Shown: positions 1 through 12,669, counted from the first letter of the stretch. The stretch: 64,000 bases of DNA from Paraspadella gotoi (GCA_051294375.1 CM119263.1:29661962-29725961); one strand, 5' to 3'. The notes: a model not told the origin generated them from the letters alone. Translations and numbers: made by a program.

Positions 1-1251
1 ATTTCGAAGTCGACAAACGAAAAATTGCTGACGTCTGCTTGTTTCGTTTTCTTAAAAGTTTCTTTTCTTTTCTTTTCTTTTCTTTTATTTTCTTTCTTTT
101 CTTTTCTTTTTCTTTCTTCTTTTTCCCTTTTTTTTCTTTTTTTTCTCTTCTACCTGAATATTCTTTTAAAAAGATACCTTTTTGGTTCAGTTAGAATTTT
201 TTTCTAATTTAGGTTAAGACGCGTTGATGTTATCAATGGATCCTTAATAGCTGTACAATAATCTACTATAATCAATTAAAAGTTTAAAAAAACGATGTAA
301 AAACTTGTAAGAAAATTAGAATTAAAATTAAAACTAAAAAAAAACCGCCCGAGTTTTCGCTGAAAGTTAAAAGCCTAAAAAAAGAAAAACTCAAAATTAA
401 CTCCCGAAGAATTTAAAGACNNNNNNNNNNNNNNNNNNNNNNNNNNNNNNNNNNNNNNNNNNNNNNNNNNNNNNNNNNNNNNNNNNNNNNNNNNNNNNNN
501 NNNNNNNNNNNNNNNNNNNNNNNNNNNNNNNNNNNNNNNNNNNNNNNNNNNNNNNNNNNNNNNNNNNNNNNNNNNNNNNNNNNNNNNNNNNNNNNNNNNN
601 NNNNNNNNNNNNNNNNNNNNNNNNNNNNNNNNNNNNNNNNNNNNNNNNNNNNNNNNNNNNNNNNNNNNNNNNNNNNNNNNNNNNNNNNNNNNNNNNNNNN
701 NNNNNNNNAAAAAGTAAAAAAACATACAAACAAAATAAATTTACAAAAAAAGAAGGCTTAGACGTACTCGTTTTTTTTAAGCCTGAAACTTTTAAATGAC
801 TGAAAATGTTTTGATTTCCCCCAAAAAAGAAAGGGCGCAAATGTCGTGTGTGGCGACACCTGATGACTTCGACAGGCGGGGGAAAGTCGGCGTTTAATGT
901 TATCGCCTGGCGTCGGATGGAGTCTGGCAAAGTCTTTCCACATCTTATGACGTCAAATTTAACGTGGCTTGTCGTCAAGGGGCGTCAATTTTTTGGGTCA
1001 CGTGGCTTAAGTCACGTGATTAAACACGCTTCATAACATAAGCCGTCGATTCGATTTTCGTTACGTAAGATATCGAATTCTTAACGAATGAAAAAAACGA
1101 TTAAAAAAAAAACGAAAAAGAAATAAAGATATGAGAAAAAAAAAGATCATTCATCATCGTTTAAGTTCAACCAAACTTTCTCTCTCTCTTTTCCTTTTTC
1201 TTTTCTTTTCTTTTCTTTTCTTTTCTNNNNNNNNNNNNNNNNNNNNNNNNN

Positions 1252-2040
1252 GGAGAAAAAAAATAGCATGTCGTTAAAGAAAAGAGGAGAGAAAAGAAAA
1301 GAAAATAGAATAAGAAACTAAAAGAAATAAGAAAAGAAAAGAAAAGAGAAAACGAAATACATGATCATAAAGAAAAGAAAAGAAAAAAAAGAAAAGAAAA
1401 GAAAAGAGAAACACTAATTATACATGATCGGTCAAAAGAAAAGAAAAGAAAAGAAAATGAGAAGAGAAAACGGAAATATCATGATTCGTTAATGAAAAAG
1501 AAAAGGAAAAGAAAAGAATGAAGAAAAGAGAAAGAAAAGAAAGAAAAGGAAAAGAGAAAGGAGAAAACGAATAGCATGATCGTCTAAAAAGAAAAGAAAG
1601 AAGAAAGAAAAGAAAGAGAAGAAGAACTAAAGAAAGAAAGAATAGAAGAAAGAAGAATATACATGATCGTTCAAAGAAAAGAAAAGAAAAGAAGAGAAAA
1701 GAAAAGAAAAGAAAAGAAGAAAAGAAAAGAAACGTAAAAGGAAAAGAAAAGATAAAGAGAAAACGAAATACGCATGAATCGCTTAATAGAATAAGAAAAA
1801 GAAGAAGAAAAGAAAGAAAAGAGAAAACGCACATACATGATGTCGTTAAAGAGAAAAAAAAGAAAAAGAAAAGAAAAGAAAAGAAATGGGAGAAAAGAGA
1901 AAACGAAAATAGCATGAATCGTTATAGAAAAAGAAAGAAAAGAAAAGAAAAGAAACTAAAAGAAAAGAAAAGAAAAGAGAAAAACGAAATACATTGATCG
2001 TGTTAGCGAAAGAAAAAGAAAGGAGAAAAAGAAAAAGAAA
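1252..2040 (+). repeat. Noisy tandem minisatellite, ~60-75 bp unit (GAAAACGAAATACATGATCGTTAAAG core plus (GAAAA)n), roughly 10-11 copies
   Basis: The core 'gaaaacgaaatacatgatcgtt' recurs with indel variants, separated by GAAAA runs, starting right after the 25-N gap at 1227-1251. Confidence 0.85.
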
Positions 2041-2200
2041 AAAATCCTGATTGCCTGGTCATCAGTTTGGGTTGTTGTTATTAATTGTCGTTTGTTGTTT
2101 ATTGTCGTTTGAGTCTTTATCTTATTTTTTTACATTTTCTGGTACTATCGGTCTCTTGTTTTGTGTTTCGCTGTCATTTGTTTTTCGTTTGTGGTTCTTG

Positions 2201-2640
2201 TTTAGTTGCGCGGGACAGTACTCGTCATCTTTTCGATCGGTTGGGATCGGTAGGACGTGCTGTCGGTGCGCTGATGTGCCTGTCTGTCCGGTCTGTCCCC
2301 ACTTAACGTTAAAAAGTGCATATAGATTTGCTCTATAGTTGAATTGCCTCAGTTTGTTAAGACAGAATAAAAAAACCGCTCAAAAATCTAAGGGGGACGG
2401 CTAGCGCGCACCGCTTCCAAGGGAAATCATAAAATATAAGGAATGATAAGACGGAATTGGGTGCTGGCAGCGCTTGATTCAAGAATTGGTGCGGGCAAAA
2501 TAAAAGTTGTTTTTGAGTTATGTCGAATTCGTGGTCAAATGTCATGTCATAGTCATGTGATCAATGGAAAATAGCACGTGAGAAGTTGGAAAGACAGGCT
2601 GCGGGCGCAAACACAGTGTAGAAGTTTCCGTTTTTTGTTT
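2201..2640 (-). mobile_element. Diverged or noisy copy of the Helentron/DINE-like non-autonomous element (family A)
   Basis: Its reverse complement matches 11585-11922 in order: tgtgtt(t)gcgcc..gcag, gacatgac, gcg..gctagc.gtccc..ttagattt, aacaaa..aactata..tatatgca..ttaac, the ggacagaccg microsatellite and terminal aactaaa. Confidence 0.65.
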
Positions 2641-4009
2641 TCCCGTTTTTTTTTGTTCCGGTCGTTTTTGGATGGTTTTTTGTGCAAACTTTTCTCTTTT
2701 GGGGTTGTCTGTTGTTGTGATTGCAGATCATTTTTATTGTTATTGGGTTGTCGCCTCGACAGGTCTGTCCATGCAATCTAAGCTTCCGAATGCTTTCTTG
2801 GCGTTTCTGCGTCTCTCTCACACTCTACTCTCTCGTCTCTCCATCTTGCTCATCTCTCTCTCTCGGTCGTCTCCTGGAGCCTGGTCTTTTCTCAACTCTA
2901 CGCTTTCTCTGATCTGCTCCCTCTTCTCTTTCTATCTCCCTCACTCGCTCTGCTCTCTCGTCTCTCTCTCGGCGCTCTCTCTCGTCGTGCCTCTTTTCAT
3001 ATTTGACGGAGATTAAAGACGGAAAATTGATGTTGAGATTTTTCTTTGTGAATAATGAAAAGAGAATATTGTGAGGAGAAACTGGAGATGATGTGAAAAT
3101 TTAAAGACGGCGTGTCCTATAAAGATGAATTCAGGATCGGAATTAAAGATGAACCCATAGGAAATGAATACACGCATAATGTGAAAGTAAAGCGTCCATA
3201 CAACGTGAGGAGCGCCGTGCCAATGCATGATCGTTGAATGGCGTCTTGGAACGTTGAATTGCGCAGCAGCAATTGGGAAATTAAAGATTCGTAGTGGCGA
3301 AGTTTTTTGAGAGTAGGTTTTAGCCGCTTTACAAATAAACATACCGTTTAGTTGATCAATAACTAATGTAAAGACCGTTAAAAATATGTAGTTATTTGTA
3401 CACTGTTATTTCGGATGAAGGGAAGGCCAAGTACTCATACAATTTTTTTTAGGGGCTGATTGAAGTGTTACTAGTTTAATATGTTATTGATTGGAAAGCT
3501 TTATTAATTGTGTATGGTGGATTGATTTTCTTTGCAAATAATCCGTAGTAATTTCGCTTTCTTTCCTTGGTTTTTGGAGGATAGTGACGAACGCAACACA
3601 GTGTTGAAGTTTTATTTTTCTTGTAGGTACATGGAATCTCTTGTTACTTTGTCACTATGGTGATTTACTTGTAAGATTGATGAAGGCCTAAATTCGTTAT
3701 AGCGCGCTGTTCAAGCAAGTAAAAGCGAAGATGAGCTTATTATTGAATAGGAATGAAGAGATGGATGAATGGATGAATGAAGTGAATGGAATGAATTGCC
3801 AATGTTCAGTAGATGTGGGTCAGTTATGTGGTGAGGTTAGGAGGTTCAAGAATTTGATACAGGTTCATTTGTAGAGAGGGTAGGATGAGAAGATAGGAAG
3901 GGAGGACGGAAGAGAGAGGAAGAGAGAGGAGGAGGTAGACGAAGGAGGGAGAGGAGAAAGAAGGATGAGGAAGAGAAGGAGGAGGAAGGAGGAAGAGGAT
4001 GAGGGAGAG

Positions 4010-4040
<31 letters not shown>

Positions 4041-6716
4041 GAGGAGGAAGAGGAAGGAGGAGAAATACATTATTCCCGGTTTGGGAAATAAGAACGGAAA
4101 GCGGGCAAGGGAACGTGATCATGGAGAAGAGAAGAGAGAGGGAGAAGACGAGAGAGAGATGATGAGAGAGTGAATGAGGAGAAGAAAAGTTGTGGGAAGT
4201 GTGACGTGAGTTCGCAGGAGGATGCCCTTAAGCGCGACATGTTAAGCCATCGGGAACCGACAGTGTTCACCACGGTGTAACCAAGAATGAAAAACACAGT
4301 TCGTATTCTGTCGGGCTCGTTGAAGTTTTTAAATTTAGCATTGAATATGCTTTGTACAGTTGGCATGACATTAGGTATGGAAATAAAAAATAGAAGCGAG
4401 CGTCAAGTTCTTTTGTTAATGTTTTGAAGAAAGGAAAAATTGGGTGTTATATGAAATACGAAAGAGGTTATACTGTGAGTAAGCTTAAGGCCCGAGCGAT
4501 CGCTTATGGAGAAGGCTGAGGATAATTATTAGCAAGTTACCCTGGCCAGAGCTTGCAAAAGAAAATGCTGCTCTCATTTGTAGTTCTTTTGAAACTGGGC
4601 AAATTATATGTAGGCTTATGCCGTAAGAGCAACGATGCGGATGTAAATTGGGAATGCCACGATTTACATTTCCGCTTAGAAATTGATAGAAATGGAATCG
4701 CAACTTTGGTGGTTTTTTTTCATTCCAACGCATTTAGTAAGAGTTAATCTTTTCAGTATGATAAATCATCTCCCGGTAAAAAACTCTCTATTCGTCTTAT
4801 TTATTTTCTTCTTTTGATTAGTGTGCGAAAGCCCGAATTGGTGATTAAAGATAGAGAAAAAAAATAAATGTTTTTGTTTTGTATTGAAAAAAAAAGATTC
4901 ATGGCGAGAATGTTTCATGATGTTGTGGCCTTCAAAACATTGGCGAAGGAGAGTAACTATGGCAGTCATAACGAGAGTGCGTGAGAGAGGAGAGAGAGAG
5001 AGAGAGAGAAGAGAGGAGAGAGAGAGAGAGAAGAGAGAGAGGAGAGAGAAGAGAGCGAGAGTTTTGCGCAATTGAACAGCTACACCATTAATTTTTACGA
5101 TGTCATAACGGTATAAAGTTTTCCAATTTATCGGGCGATGGAAAAGAATTGAATGGAATTCTTGGTCGGATTAATGATAATTAAGCTGCTTCTGCTGAGT
5201 ATGGCCGAGATAGAATTATACTTCGAGCCATCACGGGTGGGCGGACACATTTAGATTAAAAGTAAAGATTGACGATATTATTGGTCTGCGAATAATGATT
5301 GCGAGAAATTTACAAAATTATTTATTGATATTCGTTCCTTTATACTATTCGATAATACCTTTTATTTGTTAAGATTCACTTTTCCTTTTTCACATTCGTG
5401 TGTCGTTGGTGTTAGTGTGTTATAATCTGTTCCTTTTTCTTTCTTTCTATTTCGATGTTTACTATCGTTTACCCTAAACTGCACTTATATTATCTCTTTT
5501 CCTTCTTTCCTTCTTCTATTTGTTCCTTTTCCTTTCTTTTCCCGCTTTCTTGCGCAATGTCCGCGCTTGGCCATGGCGGCTCTCGTGCTCGGTCGTCGTC
5601 GTCGGGTCTCTGCCTCTCTCCTGCATCTGTGTTTCGTCTCTTCTCGGTAAGCTTGCAAAGAATTTATCGAGCTCCTCGTGGGCTCGGGTTATTGGTATTT
5701 GTCAATAAAGAGAGAGATTGAGGAGGCAGAGAGAGATTTCTGAGAATTGAAGGTTTTAGTGTGAAAGTTGGGAAGCAAAAGAAAAGTTTCTATGACCGAT
5801 CGTTTACGTTGAAATGAAAGAAATCGAAATCTTGGATAATTAGAGTTTGGTCTTCCCTTACCGATATTTTAATACAATAAATAGGCGAGGCTGGAAAACA
5901 ATCGAATTTTTTGAGCACTTCGCGCATTTGACTTAGAGAAGAAAGAATTAACCCATTTTGGTATATCGGGGAAGATTGATAGGACAAACGTTATTGATTA
6001 TCGATGCCTTTTAATGCCGTGTCCCCTGCCCCCTCTCGATGGACTTGGTTCCCCTTAATGATTTGATGTTTTGTTCTCTTCATTTTCCAAAAACCTGCCG
6101 TCCCCCAGAAAACTCTCGGTCGTCTCTCTCTGGTCTCGTGCGTGCTGTCGTCTTTCTTTCTCTCGTCTCTCTCTCTCTCTCTTCTCTCTCTCGTCTTCTT
6201 CTCCATCCTGTGTTTCCAACGGCTCCTTGTCTAATCCTGCTGTTATGTTTTCTGTATTTTTCTTTTTTCGTTTCTTTTCTTTCTTTTTTGTCTTTCTTTT
6301 TTTCGCCACTTTCTGTCTTGCCCTTCCATCGCTTCGCCGCGTGCCGGATAATATTTGTGCAAGGAACCCATGAAGTTAATCTTTTTTCTTATTTTTATCG
6401 GGGATTTGTCTTTCTCTCTTATTATTATTATCTTCTTTCTTTTATGTTTTGCTTTTTTTGGCTCTATACTTTCTTTATTCTATTCTTTATTTTTATTGCT
6501 TAGTCTTTCTTTTCGATTGTTTTTCTGGCTTTGCATTTCTTTCTTTCTTTCTTTCATTCTTTCTATCTACTTTCCTGTGCCTTGCGCTATCATTAATCTC
6601 CCCGTTTATTATCTTTCCTTTTGTTCATTCGCGTTCTTCCAGAGGAAAACGAGGAAGCATGGACCGAGAAGAGAAAAAGTGGCGCGAAAAAGGGACGAGA
6701 GAGAGAGATAGAGAGT

Positions 6717-6747
<31 letters not shown>

Positions 6748-7264
6748 AGAGAGAGGAGAGGAGAGGAGGAAAGCGCGAGACGAGGGTAATCTTGCGGCCT
6801 TTTTTTGATAGGAGGAAGCGAAGGAATAATGTGTCAGAAAATAAAGAGAGGAGACGAGGGAAGAAAGAAAGTGAAAATTGGAGGAAGTTGGAGCGAAAAT
6901 GGAGAAAAAGGGAGGAAAGGAAAAAAGAAAAGGAAGGAGGGGAGAAAAGAGGGAGGAAGGAAAGATGAAAAATAAAAGGAGAAAAGGGGGGAGGAAAGGA
7001 AAACGAAGAAAAAATGATGGGAGGAAAAGGGAGGAAATGGAATATAAATAATATTTTTTATTAAAAGAAAAAATTATAAGAAAGGAAATATAAAAGAAAG
7101 AAACGAACAGTCAAAGCTAGGAAAGAAGAAAAGAAGAAAAAGAAAAGTAAAAGAAAATTTAAAGAAAAAGGAAGATCTTCGCTTGTGCAACAACTGTACC
7201 AAAAAAAGCAAAAGTAACACAGCCCGTTGTGGTCAGCTTGTATTGGCGGGTAATTATTTAATTC

Positions 7265-7440
7265 GGCCGAGTTACTCTGGGAGTGAAGTGAGAACGAGAC
7301 TGTGAAGAGAGTCTTGATTGAAAGCTTGTAGAGGACCTGCGTGAGTGTCATGGGTACTTGTAAGTAGTGAGTGGAGGCCTTAAACCAGAATAGGCCTGTC
7401 CAAAGTCAGGGACAAGAGTAGCTTATGTTATGTAAAGTCA
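7265..7440 (+). repeat. Interspersed repeat family B copy
   Basis: Shares actctgg..gtgaa..aacgagactgtga..gagagtcttgattgaaagcttg..ggacctgc..cttgtaag..tggaggccttaaacc..gtccaaagtc..tagcttat with the copies at 34260, 45764, 48229 and 53270. Confidence 0.75.
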
Positions 7441-9858
7441 ATCGAATAATTTGTTTGATATTGCTTCTTGGACGCTAGTTTATAGGAAGACTAGCAAAAT
7501 GATGTTGGTGAATTTTCGAATTGTGAAAGATCTAGTTGGTAAGACGATTTAACATTATTAATTCGAACGCGCGCATTCGATAATTTCATTTCGATCATGA
7601 TCTGAATGAAATTGTGACATTTTTTAGGGACATTTACCTTGGTCATGTATGTTGACCTCTTGTGTCAATGACCTCTGAGCCGTCATGGAGCCTCATAGGA
7701 AGTTTAAATAAACAGGGTACAGGAAGGTTATGTAAAAGAACAGATTATAGGAGCAGTGAATGAGAGATAAAGGAGGGTAAAGTAAAAGGGATGAGTAGAA
7801 ATAGTAAGATGACGAGTTAAAGAAGATAGTAAGAGTAGAAATAAAGTGGGTAATGTAAAAGTAATAAGTTAAGGGGAGTTAGTAAAAGTGCAGATGTGAA
7901 TGCGGTTTTAGTAAAGAGTAGAAATTAGAAGATTATACGTAAAAGTTGTAAGATTAAGATTTAGGTTTTTTTTTTACTTTTCTTTTATTTTCTTTTCTTT
8001 TTTTTCTTTTTTCTGGTTTCTTATCTTTTCTTTCTTTTTTCTTTTCTTCTCTTTTATTCTCTTTTCTTTTCTTTTCTTTTCTTTTCTCTTCATCTACTCT
8101 TCTCTATTAATCTTCCCTTTTTACCTTCCTTTTTTTTCTTCTCCTCTATGAATTTTCTTTCATTTCTTTCATTCATTTTTTAGTTTTTTTGTTTCTTCCA
8201 TTATTCTAACCTTTCTATTTTCTTTCTTCTCCGCTTGTCGCTGAAAAAAAAACTAAACTATTTCTTTGCTTTATTTCTTCCTTCTAATTCTTTCCTTTTC
8301 TATTTTCCTATTTTCCTCTCCCCCCCTTCCCAACATCCCTTACCCTTCTCCCTCTCTTTTCTCGTTCCCCTTTCCTCCCTCCCTCCCAGCAGGTCCTCAT
8401 TTTTCAAATAAAAAGANNNNNNNNNNNNNNNNNNNNNNNNNNNNNNNNNNNNNNNNNNNNNNNNNNNNNNNNNNNNNNNNNNNNNNNNNNNNNNNNNNNN
8501 NNNNNNNNNNNNNNNNNNNNNNNNNNNNNNNNNNNNNNNNNNNNNNNNNNNNNNNNNNNNNNGAGAAAGATAGAGAAAGATAGAGAAATTCAAGGGAGTA
8601 ATGAAAAATCGGTTATTGATAAAGCTCTTAGTGAGCTGAAGACAAACATCTTTAGCTGACTCACCATTCACTACTCACCTGCAATAGAACGGGTTCTCTG
8701 CGCTACAGGGTGATTCTCGCGGAGAACAAACATTTTTCGTCATTCGACCTTTTTACTTTCTTGAAAAAATCACATCGCTTCTATTCTTATTTTAACTTAC
8801 GATATAATATAGTTTGATTTATTTAATAATATGATTTCTCTCCCTCTCTCTCTTCAGGACACTTTCGTGACACTTTAACGATTCATAATAATTCGATGTT
8901 CTGACATGATATAAGTGAATGCCCGACTTGATTGAGGGGGCGGACCGGCGGACCGACAAAGTGAATTATAGATCTGCTGTCAAACCAGATCCGACTAAAC
9001 AACCCGACGCGATTCATTTACCCTAACGCCTACCTACTACTTNNNNNNNNNNNNNNNNNNNNNNNNNNNNNNNNNNNNNNNNNNNNNNNNNNNNNNNNNN
9101 NNNNNNNNNNNNNNNNNNNNNNNNNNNNNNNNNNNNNNNNNNATCACTACAACAACAACAACGACAACAACAACAACAACGACGACAACAAAAGAAGAGA
9201 CGAGCGGAAGAATCATTAGTTTTGTCATCAAAATAACCATCGTCGTCTTCATCGTCGTCGTCGTCTTCGTCCCAGACTTCAAAGTCTTTTCCACAAAAGT
9301 CGAAGACAAAAAAAAAAGTGATTTCTGAGTAAAAATCACGACGAACGAGATCGTTTTTCTTCTTCGTCGTCGTCGTCTTCATCGTCGTCTTCATCGTCGT
9401 CTTTTTTCTTCTTCTTCGTCGTTCTCCTCCTCCTCCTCCTCCTCCTCCTTCTCCTCGTCCTTCTCTTCCTTCTTCCCGTCAATTAATACCTTTAATCAAG
9501 TCGTCACCTTCCCTTTTTCTTATCTAATTCATTACTTTTTTTCCCCAACTTCCCTTTTTCCCTTTTACCCTTTCTAATTTTTTCCCTTTCTTTCTTTTTT
9601 CCCCTCCTCCCTTTTTCCCCTCCTTCCTTTTTCCCCTCCTTCCTTTTTCCCCAACTTCCATTTTTCCATAAATCCTTTTCCCCTTAATTTTCCGCTCCCC
9701 CCTTCTTCCCAAAAATAGCTCCTCTCCGCTCCACTCCTCCTCTCTCCCTCGCCGCCCACAATCAAACTCCAGTATCTCTGCTCCACTAATCCAAACCACA
9801 AACCCTTCGCTCCTATGAGTTTTCCTATACTCCTTTCCCAACTCCACCGACTGAAGTG

Positions 9859-10101
9859 ATGTCGCTCCATCGTCGATCGTCTTTTTTCTTTCGCCGCTCC
9901 TACGCCCCGACTCCAGATACTCCAGCGCCGCCGCCGCCTCCACGGCAGACCCGCCCCTTCCTCTATCCGCCTACGACGCCCCTTTCTCGCGGCGTCGGTC
10001 GCCGCCGCCTTGTCACGCCCACAGCGGCGGCGCTTCTCTTTTGCCTCGTCGTTCAACTCGACGCCGGCAGAGGGCTCTTCGCGCCGGGATGTCCTTGCTC
10101 T

Positions 10102-10135
<34 letters not shown>

Positions 10136-10218
10136 GTCATTGCAACTTGAGAACGAGAGAAATTATTTGCGGCAACAAAAATCTGGTCAACTTTCCCAAT
10201 TTGGCCGCTTTTAAAAAG
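9859..10218 (+). CDS. Probable first coding exon of a secreted or cell-surface leucine-rich-repeat protein (signal-like segment plus LRRNT cap); partial gene
   Basis: ATG at 9859 opens a GC-rich, non-microsatellite frame of 120 codons. It encodes RRR followed by hydrophobic LVTPTAAALLFCLVVQL, then CPC..CHCNLRTREIICGNKNLVNFP, which fits the LRRNT pattern CP..CxC..[VI]xCxxxxLxx[VIF]P. It ends at a phase-0 donor AAG|GTGAGT (GT at 10219-10220). Confidence 0.7.
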
Positions 10219-10402
10219 GTGAGTACGTGATTTCATTTAGTGATTGCTGTGGATTTATTGTTTATTTTATCAGTTTATCAGCTTCTTCAATTAAAAAATA
10301 ATTATGTTGGTGATAAAGTTAATAATATTCTGACGTGAGGGTTTTCACTCTTAAACTTTGGTTAAGACTTCCCTTCTCCCTTATCCTATTCACAGGTATA
10401 TA

Positions 10403-10920
<518 letters not shown>

Positions 10921-10999
10921 AGAAGTTAGGTAAAAGGAAAGAAGAAAAGAATAGAATTAAAGTGAAGAAAGACAGCCAACAAAAAATTTTTAAATTCCT

Positions 11000-11520
11000 T
11001 TTGAGGAGGAAGGAAGAGGAGGAAGGAGGAGAGATAGAGGAAGAAGAGGAGGATTAGAGAGGGAGGGGAGAGAAGAGGAAGGAGGAAGGAAAATGGAGGA
11101 AGGTGAGGGAGATGAGGAAGAAGAGGCAGTGATAGGAGGAGGAGGGAGAGAAAGAGGAAGGAGGAAGGAAAAGGAGAAGGCGAGGGAGATGAGGAAGAAG
11201 AGGATGGATTAGGGAGGAGGAGGAGAGAGAGAGGAAGGAGGAAGGAAGAGGAGAGAGCAGAGACAGAGGAAGAAGAGGAGGATTATGGAGGGAGAGGGAG
11301 AGGGAGAGGGAAGGAGGAAGGAAGAGGAGGAAGAGAGAGAGGAAAGAGGAAGAAGAGGAGGATTATGGAGGGAGGAGGATAGAGAGAGAAGCGAGGAAGG
11401 AAGGATGGAGGAAGGAGCAGAGGAGAGGAGAAGAGGAGGATTATGGAGGGAGGAGGGAGAGAGAGAGTTAGGAGGAAGGAAGAGGAAGAAGGGAGAGAGG
11501 AAGAGGAAGAGGAGAAAAAG
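11000..11520 (+). repeat. Purine-rich degenerate minisatellite (recurring gaagaggaggattatggagggagg)
   Basis: The motif ggatta(t)g recurs about every 70-80 bp in the distal part of a G/A-only tract. Confidence 0.7.
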
Positions 11521-11584
11521 GAAAAGTTAAGGCTGAGAAGGTGTCTGCTCAAGAGGAGATTTGGAGGAAAACTAAGAAAGAAAT

Positions 11585-11922
11585 AAACAAGAACGGTTAT
11601 TTCATGTGTTGCGCCGCAGTGACTTTATTTTTTACGACATGACCAGACATGATTAAAAAAATTTTTGCCCATGTATTTTTATGACATACACTGCATAAAA
11701 ATTCTGTCTTTTATTCTTTAGTTTTAGGAATTCTGGAAAGCGGCGCTAGCAGTCCCTTAGATTTCAGGTTTTTTTCTGTTTTAACAAATGAGTAACCAAC
11801 TATAAGTAAATTATATGCATTTTTAACTTAAATTGGACAGACCGATGGACGGACGGACCGACCGACCGACCGAAAAGTGGCTTATAGAGTTGATCCGCGA
11901 GTACTCGCGGCTCAACTAAAAA
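11585..11922 (+). mobile_element. Helentron/DINE-1-like non-autonomous element (family A), best-preserved copy
   Basis: Begins aaacaagaac..tgtgttgcgccgcagtgac (shared with 45083). It has an internal (GGAC/GACC)n tetranucleotide tract at 11834-11872 and a terminal hairpin agttga-t-CCGCGAGTACTCGCGG-c-tcaact followed by an A-run. Family assignment is by architecture only. Confidence 0.6.
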
Positions 11923-12194
11923 AAGCCACCAAAAAGAAAGAATAAGAGAGAGAAAAAATGAGAGAAAGAAAGAAGGGTAAGAATGAAAGAAAGAAAAAAC
12001 TTTCAAGGAAAAGAATCATATTCTTTTGCTGATAATCCATCGTAATCCTTTGATATTTAAAAAGAAGGTATAGTTTTTCAACGAATATATATTTCAAGTT
12101 TGTAAACTCGTCAATGTTGGCGACGAAGGTGATGACAAAGAAGAAAACAATGATGACAAACTTTATAATGACGAAACGATAGCGAAGCGGGTCT

Positions 12195-12231
<37 letters not shown>

Positions 12232-12669
12232 CCGTCACCCTAGAAAAATGAAAGAGACAGAGAGAGAAATTGAAAAAGAGAGAGAAAGAGAGAGATAGAA
12301 AGAGAGAGAAAGATTGATTGATTTGATTTATTCTGCTCATAATGTCAATGAAACACATTTACAATCACAGGATCATAAGAGAGCCGTACACGAATATTAT
12401 GTACATACAAGTATGTAAGAATTAGAAATTCATTGAATAAATAAACGAGGAAATGATAAATTTAAAAAAAAATTCTATATACAGATCATCTAAAGTTTAA
12501 GATGGAACCTTTTCCGTTTTTTACAATCCATACATTTTCAATGTTACTAATTATTTTCAATAGTTTTGAAGTGTTTTTAGAATAAATTTCTCTAAATTCA
12601 ATTTTATTGTCGTCTTCTAGAAAGTTTATGTTTTTCCATTTTCATCCAAAGAGAGAGAGAGAGATAGAA

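Noticed and set aside
375-978. ORFs spanning N runs (also those in 44-49 kb and at other gaps)
   Set aside because: They are open only because N codons contain no stops.
1252-2040. CRISPR-like alternation of a conserved core and variable spacers
   Set aside because: The spacers are just (GAAAA)n, there are no cas genes, and the context is eukaryotic.
3100-3240. Short open frame DGVSYKDEFRIGIKDEPIG...
   Set aside because: It is bounded by stops, has no clear splice sites or recognisable domain, and lies in a noisy region.
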